Assembly (NCBI GenBank): GCA_050246315.1
Contig: JBFWWG010000005.1
Coordinates: 1-64,000 of the forward strand
DNA: 64,000 bases
Reading direction: 5' to 3'
From: Nitrospiraceae bacterium
GTDB taxonomy: Bacteria; Nitrospirota; Nitrospiria; Nitrospirales; Nitrospiraceae
Below the pieces are notes generated by a model. The model did not search any database and was not told the DNA's origin. It worked only from the letters and a program-made list of their open reading frames with translations. Below, one piece after another: positions 46,656 through 56,026 of this stretch. The position numbers and the translations under genes were made by a program. How positions within the stretch are numbered: the stretch's first letter is position 1; the number at the start of each line of letters is the position of its first letter.

Positions 46656-48056
46656 ATGCCCGAGACATCTCAGCAATTTTCGATCGTTGATGCACCGGGA
46701 AAGCGGTGGCTTCTCGGCCATGTGCTGGAGTTCAAACGCAGCCCTCTTGCAACGATGACGAGATGGCGGGAGCGCTGCGGCGACTTTGTTCGTTTCTCGC
46801 TGGGGCCCAAAGATCTACACCTCCTAAGCCATCCGGTCCTTGCCGAGGAGGTGCTGGTCAAGCAAGCCGATGTCTTCGCCAAGGTCTACGACCCGAACAG
46901 GCCGACCGGATTGGCGCTGGTGCTCGGCAACGGTCTATTGACCAGCGGAGGCGAACTCTGGCGGCGGCAACGCCGGCTGATTCAGCCGATGTTTCAGCGC
47001 GCGAGGGTGGCGCGGATGTCGATACAAATGGTCGAGGCCGCTGAGCAAATGCTGGCGCGATGGGCGCAGCGGCGCCCCGGCGAACCATGTGACGTGGCCG
47101 CTGAGATGATGCAGTTGGCGCTGGAGGTCGTGACTCGCACGATGTTCAGCACCAGCCTATTGAAGGATGTGGGCTCATTGGGACCGTCGTTGCTCGTTTT
47201 GATCCGCTATGCCTTTCGGTCTTTTCACAATCCCGTTCGGTTGCCGCTTTGGGTGCCGACCGCCTCGAACCGTGAGTTTCTCCGGGCCAAGCAATTGGTC
47301 GATCGGATGATCTATGGTTTGATCGAGGAACGGCGCAGATCCGGCGCAAGACGGGATGATCTGCTGGATGCGCTGCTATGGACGGTCGATCCCGAAACGG
47401 GTAAGGGGTTGAGCGAACAACAGCAGCGGGACGAGCTGCTGACGATCGCGGCGGCCGGCCACGAAACCACCGCGAATGCGTTGACCTGGACCTGGTATCT
47501 GCTCGCCGGCAATCCGACCGCGGCATTCCGATTGAGGGAGGAATTGGCCGATGTACTTGGCGGTCGCGCTCCCACGATCGACGATCTGCCCAGGCTCTCG
47601 TATACGCGTGCGGTGTTTGAGGAGGCCTTACGCCTTTATCCGCCGGCTCCGGCGGTTCAACGGCGAGCCACCAGGGATACAGCGGTCGGTGGCCAGCCGC
47701 TGCCGGCCGGATCGATCGTGCTCGTGAGTCTCTGGAACATCCATCGCCACCCTGCGTTCTGGGAACAGCCGGAGCAGTTCGATCCGGATCGGTTTGCGGG
47801 CCATCGCGCCGACAGCGACCACCACGCGGCGTTTCTCCCATTCGGTTCCGGACCTCGGACCTGCATCGGCAACCATTTTGCCATGGTGGAAGGAGTGCTT
47901 CTGCTGGCGCTGATCGCGCAACGTTACGAGCTGTACTTGGTCCCTGACGCAAGAGTGGAGATGGAATTGGCCGTGACGTTACGGCCAAGGTACGGGCTTC
48001 CCATGATCTTGCGGCCGAGAGACCGCAGGTCTCCCTCCACCGCACATCGCGATTGA
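46656..48056 (+). CDS. Cytochrome P450
   Basis: AGHETTA, EALRLYPP, FDPDRF, FGSGPRTCIG. Confidence 0.95.
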   Translation: MPETSQQFSIVDAPGKRWLLGHVLEFKRSPLATMTRWRERCGDFVRFSLGPKDLHLLSHPVLAEEVLVKQADVFAKVYDPNRPTGLALVLGNGLLTSGGELWRRQRRLIQPMFQRARVARMSIQMVEAAEQMLARWAQRRPGEPCDVAAEMMQLALEVVTRTMFSTSLLKDVGSLGPSLLVLIRYAFRSFHNPVRLPLWVPTASNREFLRAKQLVDRMIYGLIEERRRSGARRDDLLDALLWTVDPETGKGLSEQQQRDELLTIAAAGHETTANALTWTWYLLAGNPTAAFRLREELADVLGGRAPTIDDLPRLSYTRAVFEEALRLYPPAPAVQRRATRDTAVGGQPLPAGSIVLVSLWNIHRHPAFWEQPEQFDPDRFAGHRADSDHHAAFLPFGSGPRTCIGNHFAMVEGVLLLALIAQRYELYLVPDARVEMELAVTLRPRYGLPMILRPRDRRSPSTAHRD

Positions 48057-48094
48057 ACGATCGGCAACCGCACAAGATCGACTATGATCGTGCC

Positions 48095-49000
48095 TCAATT
48101 GACGGAGAGTCTGTCTTTGAAAGTCAATTCCGCCACGGCGGACTTGTCCAACTCGCCTTTTCCAAGGGAGACGAGCCGCCGATACTGGTCGTAAGCGGCC
48201 TTGGCCAAGGGCAGTTGTAATCCCGCCACCTCGGCCAAACTCAGGGCGATGCCGGAATCCTTGGCCGCGTGGGCCGCGGAGAAATAACAGTCGTGCGCCC
48301 GCTGCTGCATATCCTCGCCGTCGGTTTCGAGCACCCGCGAATGGGCGCCGGTTTGAGCAAAGACCTCCCGCAACATGGTCAGGTCGAGCCCGAGTGCGTC
48401 GCCCAGGCCGAGCCCTTCGGCCAGCGCCGCCGTATTGCAGTTCATCACCATGTTGACAAGCGCCTTGACCTTGGCGGCTTCTCCGGCCGCACCGATATAA
48501 CGCAATCGTTCGCTCATGGCCTCCAGCAACGGTCTGGCCCGCTCGAACGTGTCGCTTCGACCGCCGCACATCAGATAGAGGCGGCCCTCTCTGGCCTGTG
48601 TAATGCTGCTCGCCATACAGGCCTCAAGGCTCCGGCCGCCGCTTTGCTCGACGAGCCGTTCCACCTCCACATGAATCGACGGCGTGAGTGTGGCGCAGTT
48701 GATGAACAGACGATCCTTGGCATGGACGAGCAGGCTGTCCGGGCGGCCGGGGTCAAAGAGACCGAGCATGGCCGCGTCGTCCGTGACGACGGTCAGCACG
48801 GTATCTGAGTATTCGGCCACATGAGCCGGCGAAGCAGCCGCCGCGCACCCGAGTTCGCCCGCAAGTGCGCTGGCTTTTGCTCGATCCGTGTCATAGACTG
48901 CCGTGAGAACATGCTGCGTGTCCTTCAAGCGACGGGCCATGTTGGCCCCCATGCGTCCGACTCCGATAAACCCGATGCGGTAGCTCGATGATGGCGCCAT
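48095..49000 (-). CDS. NAD(P)-dependent beta-hydroxyacid dehydrogenase family protein
   Basis: IGFIGVGRMGANMA, AAKVKALVN. Confidence 0.88.
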   Translation of the reverse strand: MAPSSSYRIGFIGVGRMGANMARRLKDTQHVLTAVYDTDRAKASALAGELGCAAAASPAHVAEYSDTVLTVVTDDAAMLGLFDPGRPDSLLVHAKDRLFINCATLTPSIHVEVERLVEQSGGRSLEACMASSITQAREGRLYLMCGGRSDTFERARPLLEAMSERLRYIGAAGEAAKVKALVNMVMNCNTAALAEGLGLGDALGLDLTMLREVFAQTGAHSRVLETDGEDMQQRAHDCYFSAAHAAKDSGIALSLAEVAGLQLPLAKAAYDQYRRLVSLGKGELDKSAVAELTFKDRLSVN

Positions 49001-49122
49001 AGGGATGTTCCTTGGTTGATAGAATTCCCGGAAATGATGGATGCGATGAGACGATCGTGCGGGCAGTCTAGCACATTCGCACTGATGACTCAGTCGAGCT
49101 GCGGGACGAAAGGAATGACACG

Positions 49123-49314
49123 GTGAATCAGCCGATCGTGGGGTATCATCTCGACGAATATCAAGATTGGGTGGCCGACCTGGCCTGCGGCCATGGGCAG
49201 CATGTGCGCCATCAACCGCCGATGACGAGCCGGCCCTGGGTATTGACGGAAGAGGGACGGCGATCGCATCTTGGGACTATCCTGAACTGCAAGAAATGCG
49301 ACGGAGAAGGGTAG
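49123..49314 (+). CDS. DUF3565-family small protein
   Basis: GYHLDEYQDWVADLACGHGQHVRHQPP...LNCKKCD. Confidence 0.85.
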   Translation: MNQPIVGYHLDEYQDWVADLACGHGQHVRHQPPMTSRPWVLTEEGRRSHLGTILNCKKCDGEG

Positions 49315-49356
49315 AGGACAGGACGACCGACTGCCTGCGAGCATCAGGCACGTGAT

Positions 49357-50466
49357 CTATTCAATAACGGTGGTCTGCGTCGGAAGGTCAACAACCATAT
49401 CAAGGCCGGCACCGTGCCAGGGTTGCAGGCACGGGCCGTCGTACCGGTAGCCACCCCGTATCGGGTCCTCGGCGAGGAGCAGCGGCGTGTCGAGATCCAA
49501 GACATCGAATCCGCCGCATCCGAGGACCAGGCTGAAAGAGCAACCCATCGCGATTCTGGCTTCAACCATGCCGCCGATCATCAAGCGGAGGCCCGAGGCC
49601 CGCGCGAACGAGGCGATGTCCAGCGCCGACGCCACGCCGGTTTTCATGATCTTGATATTGATATAGTCCGCCGCCTGTTTGGACAGGACGGTCTTGGCAT
49701 CTTCGAGCGAGCGGACCGATTCGTCGGCCGCGACGGGAATGCCGGTGAGATGGCGCAAGGCCGCCAATCCATCCAGATCATCCCTCACGAGCGGCTGTTC
49801 GAGCAGAACCAGACGTCCGCCGAACCGTCTCACGCCGGTCACGAAGGCTAGGCAAGCTTCCCGCGAATAGCCCTGGTTGGCATCGCCGATAAACGTGAGA
49901 TCCGGCATCAGCCGATGCACCGCTTCGAGCCGACGGATATCGCCATCCAGGTCCTGACCGACCTTCATCTTGAACAGGCGAAATCCTCGCTCGAGCCAAT
50001 GTCGGGCCAGCCTCACGGTGTTGTCGAGGTCCGCGATGGGAATGGTGATGTCCGTCTCACGTGGCCGGACGTCCGCGCCGCCCCAAAGGGCCCAGAGGGG
50101 CTGTCCAGTTGCATGACAGTAGGCATCGGCGAGGGCGGTTTCGAGTCCGCAGCGTGCCGAGGGGTGTGCGGAGGCCTGCGCGTGCAGGCTATGGTCGAGT
50201 ATCCGATAGTCCGCTGCCGACCGCCCGAGCAGGGTTGTCGCCAGGTCGGTGGCTGCGATCAAACAGGCCTCTCTGGTTTCGCCGCCGACTTCCGGAAAAG
50301 GGGCCGCCTCTCCATAGCCTTGCGCGCCGCTCGCGAGGGTGATGCGCATGAAAATATTTTCGGCCAAGGTCCTGGCCCCGGTGGCAACTACGAACGGGTC
50401 CGTGAGGGGGAGATCGACCGGCCAGAGCTCGATACGGGTGACGGTCAGTGCGGGATCGTGCATCAA
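49357..50466 (-). CDS. Dipeptide (L-Ala-D/L-Glu) epimerase, enolase superfamily
   Basis: FKMKVG, DANQGY, LEQP, ADES, NIKIMK, DLD. Confidence 0.88.
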   Translation of the reverse strand: MMHDPALTVTRIELWPVDLPLTDPFVVATGARTLAENIFMRITLASGAQGYGEAAPFPEVGGETREACLIAATDLATTLLGRSAADYRILDHSLHAQASAHPSARCGLETALADAYCHATGQPLWALWGGADVRPRETDITIPIADLDNTVRLARHWLERGFRLFKMKVGQDLDGDIRRLEAVHRLMPDLTFIGDANQGYSREACLAFVTGVRRFGGRLVLLEQPLVRDDLDGLAALRHLTGIPVAADESVRSLEDAKTVLSKQAADYINIKIMKTGVASALDIASFARASGLRLMIGGMVEARIAMGCSFSLVLGCGGFDVLDLDTPLLLAEDPIRGGYRYDGPCLQPWHGAGLDMVVDLPTQTTVIE

Positions 50467-50507
50467 ACAATTGTCTCCAAGCTGGTCATGACATCGAATC
50501 GCATGGG

Positions 50508-50786
50508 CTAGCCCACATTATTCATGATGGTTCGTGACGAAACCGCTCAGACGCCATCCGTCGGACCCATTGCATGGAGAAGAGCAACGGGTACCCCCAC
50601 ACGGAGTCCCGAGGGGGCGAGGCATACTTGAAGCAGTATGTCGAGGCCACGCGGGGCGTGCCTGGCCGCTTGGGAGCCGAGCACTCGCTCCCAAGCTGGT
50701 CGCAGCCGGGGCGACCCGTTGCTTATTGATCGCAACGGGTCGCCCCGGCGGTTGCAGTAGAAGCATTCATGAATATTGTGGGCTAA
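50508..50786. mobile_element. MITE-like element, family A
   Basis: TIRs CTAGCCCACATTATTCATGA / TCATGAATATTGTGGGCTAA; internal palindromes. Confidence 0.75.
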
Positions 50787-50942
50787 ATACCGTGTTCTCC
50801 AGACTATCGCAAGAGGTGGCAGCGTCCCTATAGGGCTGCCCGGCCGGTCTCACTCCTTGCACGAAGGGCGAAATTGACGGCCTAGCCAAAAGTATTGTAG
50901 CTTTCACCCCAAGATTTCCCGTTTCTCGTTTGTCCCTCCGGA

Positions 50943-51845
50943 GTGACACCCGTGCGGCTTGCCCGAGATCCGTTATCGCACCATGCTTCCTCATCCGGCC
51001 TGGTCTTGACGCGGACCAAGGTGGTGGCGCTCGGGCTCGCGGCCTTGTTCCTGCTCGCATTCATCTGCGCACAGCGGACATCGTCGCCCACGGCGGGCGG
51101 TGTGGTGCGTGGCGCCGAGGCCGGTAAATTGTCCCTGTCGGTGGAGGACGGCAAGATCGTCCTACGCGGGGCGGTTGCGGATTCGGTCAAACAGTTGCTC
51201 GTAGCTAAGGCCTATCAGGCGTTCGGCGCGGGATATGTCGCCAATCATCTGACGGTGGTGCCGGGCGCGACGGCGGAGGAGTGGTCCCTGAAGGCGGCCG
51301 AGTCGATCCAAAAGCTCAAATCGTGGGGGAGCGGCGGGCTGTTGTTCGAAGGGCGGCAGGTGATCGTGAAAGGTGACGCGAAAAATGAGACCGAAAAGAC
51401 CAAGCGGACGGAGGACCTAGTCGGCGTCTTCGGTCCAGTGCTGAAGGTTGAGAACCACATGCAGTTGCCGGACCAGCCCAAGCCCTCGCCGATAGTGGCG
51501 AAAATTCATGAGGCGTTGGCCGGCAAGACGATCGAGTTCGAGGTCAGCTCCGCCACCCTGGCGCCGAGGGGGATGAAGGTGCTGGATGAGCTGGTGCCCA
51601 TCATTCAATCGGACAAGGATGTGAAGCTGGAGATCGGCGGCCACACGGACAATTACGGCGATCCGAAGTTCAACCAGTTGATCAGTCACGCGCGTGCGGC
51701 CGCGGTGGCTCAGTATTTGGCATCAAAGGGCGTCGATGGGCGTCGCCTGGTCTCGAAAGGCTATGGCGAATCGAAACCCATCGCCAGTAACAAAACCAAG
51801 GATGGGCGCAAGCAGAACCGGCGCGTGACGTTCGAGGCGCTGTAG
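50943..51845 (+). CDS. BON-like + OmpA C-terminal peptidoglycan-binding protein
   Basis: TM, IVLRGAV...NHLTV repeats, IEFEVSSA, IGGHTDNYG, RAAAV, GYGE, NRRV; start uncertain. Confidence 0.88.
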   Translation: MTPVRLARDPLSHHASSSGLVLTRTKVVALGLAALFLLAFICAQRTSSPTAGGVVRGAEAGKLSLSVEDGKIVLRGAVADSVKQLLVAKAYQAFGAGYVANHLTVVPGATAEEWSLKAAESIQKLKSWGSGGLLFEGRQVIVKGDAKNETEKTKRTEDLVGVFGPVLKVENHMQLPDQPKPSPIVAKIHEALAGKTIEFEVSSATLAPRGMKVLDELVPIIQSDKDVKLEIGGHTDNYGDPKFNQLISHARAAAVAQYLASKGVDGRRLVSKGYGESKPIASNKTKDGRKQNRRVTFEAL

Positions 51846-51880
51846 GCGGGACCGGTTCCGGTCTCCGTAGGATCTTTTCG

Positions 51881-53206
51881 ATGGGACCCGTCATTCAAGA
51901 GTTGTTGCTGTGTCTGTTGCCCGCCGCGGCCATCGGGGCGATCGTGGGCTGGATGCTCAAGAAACTCTCGCTGGAAGAGCAACAGATCGGCGTGACGCGC
52001 TTTGAGCTGGAAGTGAAGCTGACGGCCGCCGAGCGGAAGGTCCACGCCTTGCAGCGGGATTTGGACGCCGCGCAGCAGGCGGCGCAGGAAAAGGCCGGAT
52101 TGATGACGCAAATCGAGGAAGCCACGACGCAATTGCGGAGTCAGGTGACGGACCGGGACGAGGTGATCCGGACACTGCGAGGGCGATTGGCTTCTCTAGA
52201 AATCTTGCCCGCGAAACTCACCGTACAGGAGGCCGAGCTGGCCGACTTACGGGCGAGGCTCGTCTCCATGGAGGAGTTGCCGAGGCACCTGGCGCAGCGA
52301 GATGCGGAGGTGACGGCCTTGCAGACACAACTGGGCGAGATGGTCGCCCGGGGTAGCGTGGAGGACTTGCGGATGCGGCTCCAAGCCGAAATCCACGAGG
52401 TGCGCCAGCAGTTGGTCTCCGCTCAAGCGGCGGCCGAACAGGAAGATGCCTGGGCTCGTCAATTGCTCGATGAACGGGACGCGACGATACGGGGCCTGCA
52501 TGAGGAGCTGTCGCGTTTTCAAACGCAAGAACGGGAACTTCACGTGCTGACGCACATTGTGGCGGAACGGGAACGAGAGATTGACAAGCTGGCTGCCTCG
52601 GTCGAGCGGTTGGCACAGGTGGAGCGGGATCGCGAGAGGTTACGCAGTTTGGCCGAGCAACGAGATCGTGAACTGTCGGTGTTGAAGCAAAGGCTTTCGA
52701 ACGCCGATCACCAGGGTGAGGAATCGCGGGAACACCCTACCGGCCGTGAGATCCCGATTCAGGAAGGCGAGCGTTGGCATGCCGATGCGGAGCGGCAACA
52801 GCGCACGGTGGCGGCGAGCGACGACGAAATTCAGAACATGGGCGCTCGAATGGAAGAGACCGCTCCGCCGGTGAACGTGGAGAAATCTCAACCCAAGGGC
52901 AAAACGCTCAAACCGCACAGGGATGTGGCGAGGGAGACCGATTCGTCGCTCCCCAAATGGGGAGCCCACGTGCCGGACAATGGCGCCCAGGACGACCTCA
53001 CGCGCATCGCCGGCATCGGGCCGACGCTCGAAAAGTTGCTGCATCGTAACGGCGTCTACTACTTCCGGCAAATCGCCTCCTGGACCAAGGAAGACGTCAA
53101 CCTGATCGATGCCAAGCTGGACACGTTCAAGGGCAGAATTCTGCGCGACAACTGGGTGAAGGGCGCGAAGCAGGAGCATTTCAAGAAATACGGCGAACGA
53201 TTGTGA
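51881..53206 (+). CDS. TM + long coiled coil + C-terminal helix-hairpin-helix (COG3743-like) protein
   Basis: DDLTRIAGIGPTLEKLLHRNGVYYFRQIASWT...GRILRDNWVKGA. Confidence 0.8.
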   Translation: MGPVIQELLLCLLPAAAIGAIVGWMLKKLSLEEQQIGVTRFELEVKLTAAERKVHALQRDLDAAQQAAQEKAGLMTQIEEATTQLRSQVTDRDEVIRTLRGRLASLEILPAKLTVQEAELADLRARLVSMEELPRHLAQRDAEVTALQTQLGEMVARGSVEDLRMRLQAEIHEVRQQLVSAQAAAEQEDAWARQLLDERDATIRGLHEELSRFQTQERELHVLTHIVAEREREIDKLAASVERLAQVERDRERLRSLAEQRDRELSVLKQRLSNADHQGEESREHPTGREIPIQEGERWHADAERQQRTVAASDDEIQNMGARMEETAPPVNVEKSQPKGKTLKPHRDVARETDSSLPKWGAHVPDNGAQDDLTRIAGIGPTLEKLLHRNGVYYFRQIASWTKEDVNLIDAKLDTFKGRILRDNWVKGAKQEHFKKYGERL

Positions 53207-53281
53207 GTCGCCCTCGAACTCCACGACCCCCACGAGAGAGTCGACAGGCTTGGGTCACAGCGTTCGGTCGCCACCCTGTCT

Positions 53282-54247
53282 GTGGATGAACCACCGAAAC
53301 GACCCTCGTCGGTCGATGTTCCTGCCTCCGTGGATGCACGCACACAGGCCTTCCGCACGATCAACCGCGATCTGTTGTCACGCATGGCCCCGGACGGCGG
53401 CTTCGGGGAGCGTCCCGGCGCCTCGACAAGAGCCGACGCCACTGCGTGGGCCATACTGGTGCTTCGAACCAGTGGAACACATATCGCAACATTAGCACGG
53501 GCCCGTGCCAGACTGGCCGAGGAGCAGCGGGCGGATGGGCGGGTCTGTGTGAGTCGGGCCCACCCCGATGCTCATTGGCCGACGGCCTTGTCGGTCTTAG
53601 CGTGGAAAGGATCACCCGAACACCGTGAGGCGGAAGCCAGGGCTGTTCGGTTCTTGCTTGAGACCACCGGGGTGCATTATCGGCGTGATCCGGACGATCC
53701 AGTGGCTCACGACACGCTCATTCTAGGGTGGCCGTGGGTGGATGGCACCCATTCCTGGGTGGAGCCGACGGCGGTGGCCGTCTGGGCATTGCGTACCGTC
53801 GGGCAAGGAGCCCATCCGCGCGTGCAGGATGCGATTCGACTGCTCTTGGACCGCCAACTGCCGCAGGGGGGATGGAATTACGGCAACACACAGGTCTTTG
53901 GGCGAATGCTCGATCCGACTCCTGAGCATACGGGAGCGGCGCTCCATGCGTTGGCCGGTTGTGTGGCACGCGAGCAGATTTCGGCCAGTCTTGCCTATTT
54001 GCAGCGTCATCTGGTGGAGATCCGAACTCCCATTGCATTGGGGTGGAGCCTGTTGGGATTGCGCGCATGGAATGCGGTCGAGGGCTCGGTCGATACGGGG
54101 GCGATGGTAGGACACTGTCTGGCCCGTCAAGCGCGATACGGTCTCTACGACACGGGGTCGTTGAGTCTGCTGTTGCTGTCCCTGCTGGCGCCGGCCGATT
54201 CGAATGATGCGGGAGAACAGTCTGATGCCGGATCCGAGCAGTTTTGA
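53282..54247 (+). CDS. Prenyltransferase/squalene-cyclase-repeat protein
   Basis: DGGFG, GWPWVDGTHSWVEPT, DRQLPQGGWNYGN; start uncertain. Confidence 0.75.
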   Translation: MDEPPKRPSSVDVPASVDARTQAFRTINRDLLSRMAPDGGFGERPGASTRADATAWAILVLRTSGTHIATLARARARLAEEQRADGRVCVSRAHPDAHWPTALSVLAWKGSPEHREAEARAVRFLLETTGVHYRRDPDDPVAHDTLILGWPWVDGTHSWVEPTAVAVWALRTVGQGAHPRVQDAIRLLLDRQLPQGGWNYGNTQVFGRMLDPTPEHTGAALHALAGCVAREQISASLAYLQRHLVEIRTPIALGWSLLGLRAWNAVEGSVDTGAMVGHCLARQARYGLYDTGSLSLLLLSLLAPADSNDAGEQSDAGSEQF

Positions 54248-55247
54248 TTCCCCGATCGGGTGGAATCGCAGAGCCTTCCTGCGGACGGTGGTCTATGGGA
54301 TGGTGCTCGGCCCCGGGTTGTTGCGCGCGGACTGTTTCGACGCGACCCCTTCGGCTCCGGCCACGTTTGTCGGGAAGGCAGCCAACTATGGGATGGATCT
54401 GGTCGGTCTGCTGCGGCGAGGGTTTCACGAACTCGCTATCGAGCCTGGGGAACTCAAGGGTAAGCGGATTCTGCTTAAACCGAACCTCGTCGAGACCAGT
54501 TCCGGTGCGCCGCACATCAATACGCATCCGCTGGTGTTGAGGGCGGCGATCGAAGCCCTTCTCGGACTCGGGGCGGCTTCCGTCATGGTGGCCGAGGGGC
54601 CAGGCCATCGGAGGGACACCCTGGCGGTGTATGAAGAGTCCGGCTTGGCGGAGGTGCTGACGGAAGATCGCATCACGTTTCATGATCTGAATTACCTCAC
54701 GGGGTATGAGATGCGGAATGCCGGCCGACAGACCTCCTTGCGGACGTTGACATTCCCTGCTCTCTTCAAGGAAGTCGATTGGATCGTTTCCGTGGCCAAG
54801 ATGAAGACGCACCATTGGGCCGGAGTGACGCTATCCATGAAGAACCTGTTCGGTGTGATGCCCGGCATCTACTACGGCTGGCCGAAGAACGTGCTGCACC
54901 ATGCGGGAATCGAGAATGCGATTCTGGACATCACTGCGACACTCAGGCCGCAGTTTGCGATTGTGGACGGGATCATCGGCATGGAAGGCGACGGGCCGAT
55001 CATGGGCGATCCTAAACAGGCCGGAGTGATTGTGATGGGGCGCAATCTTCCGGCCGTGGATGCCACCTGTTGTCGGATCATGGGGATCGATCCGCACAAG
55101 ATCGGCTATCTGGATCGAGCGGATCGTTGGCTGGGTTCGATTGCGGACACCTGTATCGAGCAGCGGGGAGAAACGACTACATCGGTGCGCACCGACTTTC
55201 GGTTGATCGACCAGATTCCTGCGCAGCGGGAAATTCGTCTCGGTTGA
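54204..55247 (+). CDS. DUF362-domain protein with Tat-like RR leader
   Basis: NRRAFL; ILLKPN, KMKTHHWAGVTLSMKNLFG, IVDGIIGMEGDGP. Confidence 0.88.
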   Translation: MMRENSLMPDPSSFDSPIGWNRRAFLRTVVYGMVLGPGLLRADCFDATPSAPATFVGKAANYGMDLVGLLRRGFHELAIEPGELKGKRILLKPNLVETSSGAPHINTHPLVLRAAIEALLGLGAASVMVAEGPGHRRDTLAVYEESGLAEVLTEDRITFHDLNYLTGYEMRNAGRQTSLRTLTFPALFKEVDWIVSVAKMKTHHWAGVTLSMKNLFGVMPGIYYGWPKNVLHHAGIENAILDITATLRPQFAIVDGIIGMEGDGPIMGDPKQAGVIVMGRNLPAVDATCCRIMGIDPHKIGYLDRADRWLGSIADTCIEQRGETTTSVRTDFRLIDQIPAQREIRLG

Positions 55248-55530
55248 AAGGGCAAGATCGTCAACAATTGGTCATGGGTTTGGGGCATCATGCTCGGCTT
55301 CTCTTAGACCGTAGCCCTTACGGCGGCCGGACGACGAACGGAGCCTGTGCCAGCGGCCGGCAGGTGGCGAGAGAACGCCGAGCCAACGTGTCGTCGAATC
55401 GGTGTTGGGAGCGAGGGGAGCGGAAGGTGTTGCCTTTGTCTGGCAGTTCGAACGATACTGCCGGGCCTTGAAATGACAATCGCTGACAGAGGAAGATAAC
55501 CGGACGATAGCTGAATAGCGAGGGAGACCG

Positions 55531-55905
55531 ATGTCGATTCGCCGACCGGAAGAGATGCATGCGGTGTTCTGTGCGCGGTACAACGCCGGGGATCTCGACG
55601 GGCTGGTCGCCCTCTATGAACCCAACGCCAAGCTGGTTCCGCAACCGGGGCAGGAAGTCCAGGGACGAGAAGCCGTTCGGGCCGGCTTGCAAGGTTTCCT
55701 GGCACTGATGCCTCATCTGGATATGACCACCCGCTATGTGCTGGCAACCGGAGATACAGCGGTGATCAGCGGGCAATGGAAGCTCACCGGCACAGGACCG
55801 GGTGGAACGGCTGCTGAAATGACCGGCAAGAGCGTCGAGGTCCTACGCCGCCAGCCGGACGGGACCTGGCTCTTCGTGCTGGACCATCCCTTCGGGGCAG
55901 ACTGA
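55531..55905 (+). CDS. SnoaL/NTF2-like (YybH/DUF4440) protein
   Basis: NAGDLDGLVALYEP...VEVLRRQPDGTWLFVLDHP. Confidence 0.85.
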   Translation: MSIRRPEEMHAVFCARYNAGDLDGLVALYEPNAKLVPQPGQEVQGREAVRAGLQGFLALMPHLDMTTRYVLATGDTAVISGQWKLTGTGPGGTAAEMTGKSVEVLRRQPDGTWLFVLDHPFGAD

Positions 55906-56026
55906 TTGCGGTTTCGGGTAGACCTGCGTTCGACCGTCTGTCGTTCACCCGCCAAGCCAATTGACTCGACTGCCGATCTCCTCTACTGAGTTTGCTCCAC
56001 GCTCATGAGACGGTTCTGAGGAATCC

